The translations under genes were made by a program, and so were the position numbers. Positions 57,492-64,000 of a stretch of DNA of 64,000 nucleotides are shown piece by piece. The notes under the pieces were generated by a model that ran no database searches, had not been told where the DNA came from, and saw nothing but the letters and a program-made list of their open reading frames with translations. The stretch's first letter is position 1; every line of letters starts with the position of its first letter. Source of the stretch: Octopus sinensis (taxonomy: Eukaryota); assembly GCF_006345805.1 (NCBI RefSeq), contig NC_043009.1:24366001-24430000 (forward strand), read 5' to 3'.

Positions 57492-57492
<1 letters not shown>
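56940..57492 (+). mobile_element. Non-autonomous RTE-LINE-derived element (structured 5' UTR plus short tail)
   Basis: tctaggagaaggtaactc...taaaacc resembles RTE-clade 5' UTRs. The 3' end caatggccatactcgataacga is also found, reverse-complemented, at 6060-6100. Flanked by TA repeats. Confidence 0.6.
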
Positions 57493-57570
<78 letters not shown>

Positions 57571-58019
57571 TGTATTTATATACGTATTTATATAAGTATA
57601 TATATATATATGTATGTATTTATATACGTATTTATATAAGTATATATGTATATATATATATATATGCATATATATGTGCATATATATATGTATGTATGTA
57701 TCTGTATGTACGTGCATTTACGAGATGCATGATGCATCAATACACAAATGATCAGTCTACACATATATGAACAATTTATGTGTGTGTGAGTCTGAATGGG
57801 CGTGTGTGTGTGTATACATATATATATATACTCATACACACACGAATATAAATATATATATATATAAATATATTTATATATAGAGGGCATTATACATACA
57901 TGCCAGATGGCATTATACATACATGCCACACGCTAAGAGGGACAATTAGTCATTTCTACCAAAAATATTACTAATCCCACCGAATGCAATTTTTCAAAGT
58001 AAGACATTTAAAAAATATA

Positions 58020-58065
58020 GACCTGTATCACCGTGATTTCATACTTACGTATTCATCAGCAGGCC
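58020..58065 (-). ncRNA. Canonical compact type I hammerhead ribozyme
   Basis: Reverse complement reads ggcctg CTGATGA atac-GTAA-gtat GAAA tcacggtga TA caggtc. 6-bp stem I, GNRA-capped stem II, near-palindromic stem III and AUA cleavage at 58026/58025. Confidence 0.88.
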
Positions 58066-58259
58066 TGGATGTATCATACATAAACGACCCTGCCTCGCTT
58101 AAGTCGATCAGCTAACTGATCAACATCAACGAAGCACATGGGTGAGTTTACATATATTACATCCTGTAGATGTCAGACTTTTACGAATTGCATTTCGGGA
58201 AAGGAAAAGTTTTTTCGGAATAAAAATTTAGCAATTAAGTAGTTGTCCTTAATTGCTAT

Positions 58260-58357
<98 letters not shown>

Positions 58358-58755
58358 TGCATACATATGTGTATATGTTTTTACATGATATATATATATA
58401 TATATGATTGTGACATTTTGTTATTTAGTATATGTCAGCATGTGTGTGTGGTTGCATGTGTTTGCTTGTGTGTGTATGTGCGTGCGTCCACGTGTGTGTA
58501 TACGTACTTCATCTGTGAACAAGAGAATCTTAATTCAATATAAATGTCTACAGAAAGAGAATTATGAGGCATTAAAATTAAGGTCTATAAGAAATTAGGG
58601 TGGAGCAGTAGAAAGAGAGGGAATGAGAATAAAAAGGAAAAATTATGTAGAGAAATAAAAAGTAGTGTCGTCCATGAATGTGTGTGAAAAATAACTGATG
58701 TGGGAATGGAACATGGCGGAGAAAGCCCGACTTTGGAAATGATCGAGAGATCGAT

Positions 58756-58798
<43 letters not shown>

Positions 58799-58870
58799 CA
58801 CATAATAATGTGTGTGTGTGTGTATAAATAATGGTATATATATAATATATATATATATTATATATATATT

Positions 58871-58916
<46 letters not shown>

Positions 58917-60861
58917 GTATATACATATATGCATGCGTATAAGTGTATACAAGACGTGCAGAATTGGAATAATTTTATAGTGACATACATTGATACATAA
59001 ATATACTTTCTTTACATACATAGAGAATATCTAATGCACACATACACACACACTCACATACATGCACACGCACACACAGTGACACAGGCGCATAATTGTG
59101 TATATGAAAACCTAACATACGTATATTGTGCATAGCAAAATTATATGTATACATATATGCATACAAAGATAAGTATACTTTTGTGCGTGTCCTTGTATAT
59201 ATGTGCACACATGTTCAATGTCTCCATGCATCAATACACATACATTTTTGCATGTATATATATATACACCTATATATATATATATTATATATATACCTAT
59301 ATATATATTTACATATATATATATATATACACACATATATATATATATATATACATATATATATACATATATATATGTATATATATATATATACCTATAT
59401 ATGTGTATGTATATATATGTGTGTGTGTGAGTGAACATTTATATACCCTGTAAAACACCTTTGTACACACATATATGTTATATGCATTTATAATCGTACA
59501 CACATACATAAATACATATATGCATAAAAACGCATACATATACATTCTTATATACACACATACAAACACATACACAATATATATCTCAGGAGGTGAGAAA
59601 AAGGTTAATGCAAGATAGGAAATTTTGGCACTGTAAGGTTTTATATTTAAGTCGGGATCGAGATAGTGATTTAACGATTTCAACTTGAGACGACAGCAGA
59701 AGTAATAACAATAATATGTTATTGGCAAGATTTAGAATGAATTGTTTGGTAATAAAACACTGGGAAAAACAAGGAGCTTTGGTTAGGGAAGGGTGGAGTG
59801 AAACGCTTAAGGGTTGGAAGATTTTATGTGAGGAAAGAGAAAGACAGAGTAGAGGATAAGACAGAGTTTTATTCTATTTGTTATAGGGACATATATAGAG
59901 TGAAGGGGAGAGATATTTTTAATATCGGAGTAGCAATGGGAGTAGCTTGAGAGAGGTCGGAAGAAAGATGGAGAAGAAAATGGGGATTTGAGAGATAATA
60001 AAACAGACTATGTAAGAGACGGATGGAGGCGTTTAGGGGTTAGGGAGAGAGAGATAGAAATAGAGAGAGAGAGAGAGAGAGAAATTATGAGAAACAAATA
60101 CGTAGAGAGAAAAAGAGTAAGACAAGACGAAGGAAAGACAGACGTGAGAAGAAACAAGGAGGGAAAGAGACTGTGTTAATGTGATAGATTAACAATTGTT
60201 CCATCGGACAGAAATTATTACAACAAAGAGGTGATCGATAATGATATACATACATATATGTATATATGTGTATGTATATATATATATATTATATATATAT
60301 ATAATATATATATATAATATATATATGCATGCGTATGTGGTGTATTCATATATATCTTTTGTACATGCGTAACATATACATAATGCGACATCCAAGGCAC
60401 GTCTACAAACATGTGTGCACACGCCTGTATGTTTCTATATATATAATATATATATTCATATATTTATGTATATGTATGTATATATATATGTATACATATA
60501 TAATATATATATATATATATATTATATATTATATATATATATATAATATATACTATATATATAATATAGGTCATTTAACAACAAACAAATATATAAAGAG
60601 ACAAACATATATGATTATGTAGGTAAATAGATCAATGGAGATAAATATATTTTAAGGTGAGAGTGAATAAAGAGAGAGTGAGAGAGTGAGAGACTGAGAA
60701 TGTTGAAGAGACAAGCATACAGACAAGAAGAAAATTAGAGAAATGGAAGAGATTTATAGAATTGAATTAATTTGCGTATGTATGCATGCATATATGTATG
60801 GATGTATATAATATATATATATTCGCGCACACACGCGCACGCGCACACACACACACACATA

Positions 60862-60915
<54 letters not shown>

Positions 60916-60934
60916 AGTATATTTGACAACTAAA

Positions 60935-61259
60935 TGTGGCGATCCCATAGAGGAAGATGCTACTGTTGTTTATAGCCCCAGTAAGACATCTCCTGTAGCT
61001 GGTTCACGACACACTGTGTCTGATTAGTATTTGTGAAGGGAAATCATTGTCCCCATCTCTAGCCTCACGTGATACACACAAACCCGGCTTTCTGTGTATT
61101 AAGTTCTCATCAGCCTGTGATAATCACCAGCTAGCAATGAGATTTAATATTGCTTGTTTCTCCTTTTCCGAGATCAGCGACATTCTGTCACTGGAAAAGC
61201 ATATAATATTTTGCGCTTGGAAAAGAACAGTAGCATCATCCTCTATGGGACCATCACAT
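60935..61259. mobile_element. MITE-like element with about 37-bp imperfect TIRs
   Basis: tgtggcgatcccatagaggaagatgctactgttgttt pairs with aaagaacagtagcatcatcctctatgggaccatcaca. Confidence 0.7.
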
Positions 61260-61334
61260 CTAGTTGGCAAACTTACTTCACGATTCTAATGTTGCTGCTG
61301 TTTACTTCTCGCTCAGAGATTTAATATAGCTATA

Positions 61335-61425
<91 letters not shown>

Positions 61426-61899
61426 GTAGATAAACTTAGATATGTTTCGACCAAGGTTTGATTCAAGCCATGTGTAAATTAATGTGCACGTATGTATATA
61501 TTTATGTATGTAATTAGTTCGGTAGGTAAAACTACATAAATATATGTGTATATACGTGTGTATATATGTGGGAAGTACAACTACAGAACCTGAGAGGTGA
61601 GAGAGAGTGAGAAAGAAAGTGAGAGAGAGAGAGAGCATGGAGATTGATGTATACTGAGTTAGGAGGACAACTTCAAGGTGACCAGCTGTTTGAAAGTGGC
61701 ACTAAGTTATGACAAACTGATAGAAAAAGGCATGAAATATTAGCTAAGTTTGCAAAGACCGTTATACAGAAACCTAACCAGCTCCTCCAACATTACACGC
61801 TAAACAATGTGAGCAAAATTCCAGAGCAGCAACCACAGAAGCATATATAATGCATTAAACACTACAAAACATACACACAGGACAGACTAATACTATATT

Positions 61900-62400
61900 A
61901 ATACTCAGTTTTGTGCCTTTAACAATAAGTCTGAGAACCTCGTATATCGGCGGCATCCGAAAAATTTGCGGAGATGTGCTACTCGTCCCTAGAGAGAAGC
62001 AATAATATAAAAATGGAAGATTTTTCGAAGACTAGATCTTAGCTTTGGAATTGAGAGCTATATCAACCACAGATCAGGGCGGCACTGCATATTACCAAGC
62101 CTCCCGTCTTTTGAATCTAGAAGGAGCACCAGTACTGTAACAGATTAGGCTATAAGGGTTTGTTCAATTATTCAACATACTACCAAACAACCTCAGAGAT
62201 TTGCAAGGTGTAGATGTGGGTGTCTTCAAAAGACATCTGGACACATTTTATCTGAGATACCAAATGAACCCACATTGCGGCAGAGAGACGTAAATATGAG
62301 CAGGTCGCTCGAAGTCGAAATGAGAAATGATACAGAAGAGAAACCTAATCACAATGAAAGGCTTTGTCCCAGCTAGGCCTTAGCCTCTGGCTGAATTCAT
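61900..62400 (+). mobile_element. CR1/L2-group LINE 3' fragment, highly decayed
   Basis: SLERS..WKI and QLFNILPNNLRDLQGVDVGVFKRHLDTF, homologous to 50270-50660. Confidence 0.7.
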
Positions 62401-63176
62401 TAAGTCAATAAACCAATCAAAAGATATTCATCCTACCGACGTAAAAATGAAAATAGTTATTTAATAATGTTGTCGTTGGCATAAAACAAGATAGTCACTA
62501 TTGAAGAGTGTTCGAAAATTTTATCGTATCTAGCGAGCCAAAGCACATTTAAATCCTCAAATACTTTAACAATGAAAGGAAAATCATTTAAATTTGGAAA
62601 TATTTCAAGAATTACTCTGAAACGGAAATTCATAATATTTTATGTAAATTTGTCTGCGATAAACACTAATGATAATAATCAATCATATTGTTGAATTGCT
62701 CAAATTTATACAAATAATTCAGAAATAATTCTATAAAGAAGACATGGATATTTGGTGAGGCGGTGCTGGGTTCTCGATTTTGGTACATGGGGATTAATTG
62801 TAGTGGAAGAGGGATATTCGATAATAATAGAGTCAATGATATCTCAGCAACTTATTTTCTCAAGAATTATTTGCTCCGTATTGATATATGTATATATTTA
62901 TGTGTGTGTGTTTGTACTAGCTTAAAAGCCGCCCTATCAGGAGACTACTAAGCTAGCTCCTGCGGAGGGTTCTTCATTAGGCCTTGGGCCCAACGATGAC
63001 ACTTTATGCACTGAACAATATTTTTCAAGCAATGAACGACAATTTTTGTCTCCCAATTAGACTAAGGACTGAAACAAGTAGCAAAAGATAAAGATACATA
63101 TACACATGTATATATACACATAAAGGCATCTATACGTACATACATACATACATATATATATATATTTATATGCACA

Positions 63177-63265
<89 letters not shown>

Positions 63266-63452
63266 ATTGATAGAAATGGCAAGAAAACAAAAGAATGAAA
63301 GAGACCTCGATATCATGTAAATAGAGGAATTTATCTGTAAATAAATGTGAAATTATTCGGTAGCGATGATAAAACATATATAGTAGAAAAGGGGAGAGAA
63401 TTTCGATTACCCCACTGGTGAGTTGTAATGCCAAATATTACATATATATATA

Positions 63453-63496
<44 letters not shown>

Positions 63497-63498
<2 letters not shown>

Positions 63499-63945
63499 CC
63501 CATAAAAATATCGTGTATATTAAAACACATTAAGAGGCTTCCAGATAGGAAAGCATTGTGCTAGAAAGAGCAGTAGTAAACTCAAACCACTAATTAGGGA
63601 TAAATTCTCGAAAGGAATGAACATTAAAAACGTTTACCACCTACTTTAGTTTCTAGACCATAGTTTCTGACTAATTTCAGTATAAAAAATTTCATCAGTA
63701 GGTAGCATTTATATTTTAAATATACACACAGCTAGATCCGCATGTAAATTCGCTGCCTGCATATTCTAACTTTTCAAATCCACTGCGCAGATGCAGTTTA
63801 TTTCCGGCGACGGAGAGGATGCCGGTAAAATTTCGAACAAATTTGTCAAAAAATATTTAAACATAATAAATAATATTAAGGTAATAAGAATTATAGAAAT
63901 TATTATTACCAGTGGCCTAGCACAAACAAAAATTAATCAGTAGGC
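63497..63945 (-). mobile_element. Third member of the HHR element family (about 450 bp)
   Basis: Shares ctaacttttcaaa...ctgcgcaga, gaggatgccggtaaaa and tattattaccagt with the 5090 and 16736 copies. Confidence 0.8.
63652..63703 (-). ncRNA. Type I hammerhead, short stem II variant, partly decayed
   Basis: Reverse complement reads accta CTGATGA aattt..aaatt agtca GAAA ctatgg TC taga. It sits at the position homologous to the HHRs at 5.2 and 17.1 kb. Confidence 0.62.
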
Positions 63946-64000
63946 TATATATTTTTTTATGTGAATAATATATAGTTTATTGACTAATTTATTTTGTGCT

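Overview
AT-rich, microsatellite-saturated eukaryotic intergenic or intronic DNA, most likely from an octopus. That assignment is my recognition of the SINE families and the (TA)n/(CA)n/(GATA)n/(TAA)n density, not a search result. I find no intact host gene, and almost all ORFs in the track are microsatellite translations. The window is a mosaic of tRNA-derived SINEs, decayed Penelope-like elements (PLEs, 4-5 GIY-YIG remnants), CR1/L2-, R4- and RTE-type LINE fragments, Helitrons and MITEs. The main signal is about 10 type-I hammerhead ribozyme (HHR) motifs in short non-coding elements, mostly within TA-rich repeats. They include a 440-bp tandem HHR unit (5090-5998) with the architecture of a non-LTR retrozyme, related copies at 17 and 63.7 kb with compensatory stem changes, a compact canonical HHR at 58020-58065, and one with an 85-nt stem II at 53064-53177. 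All folds were paired by eye, and boundaries of decayed repeats are approximate.
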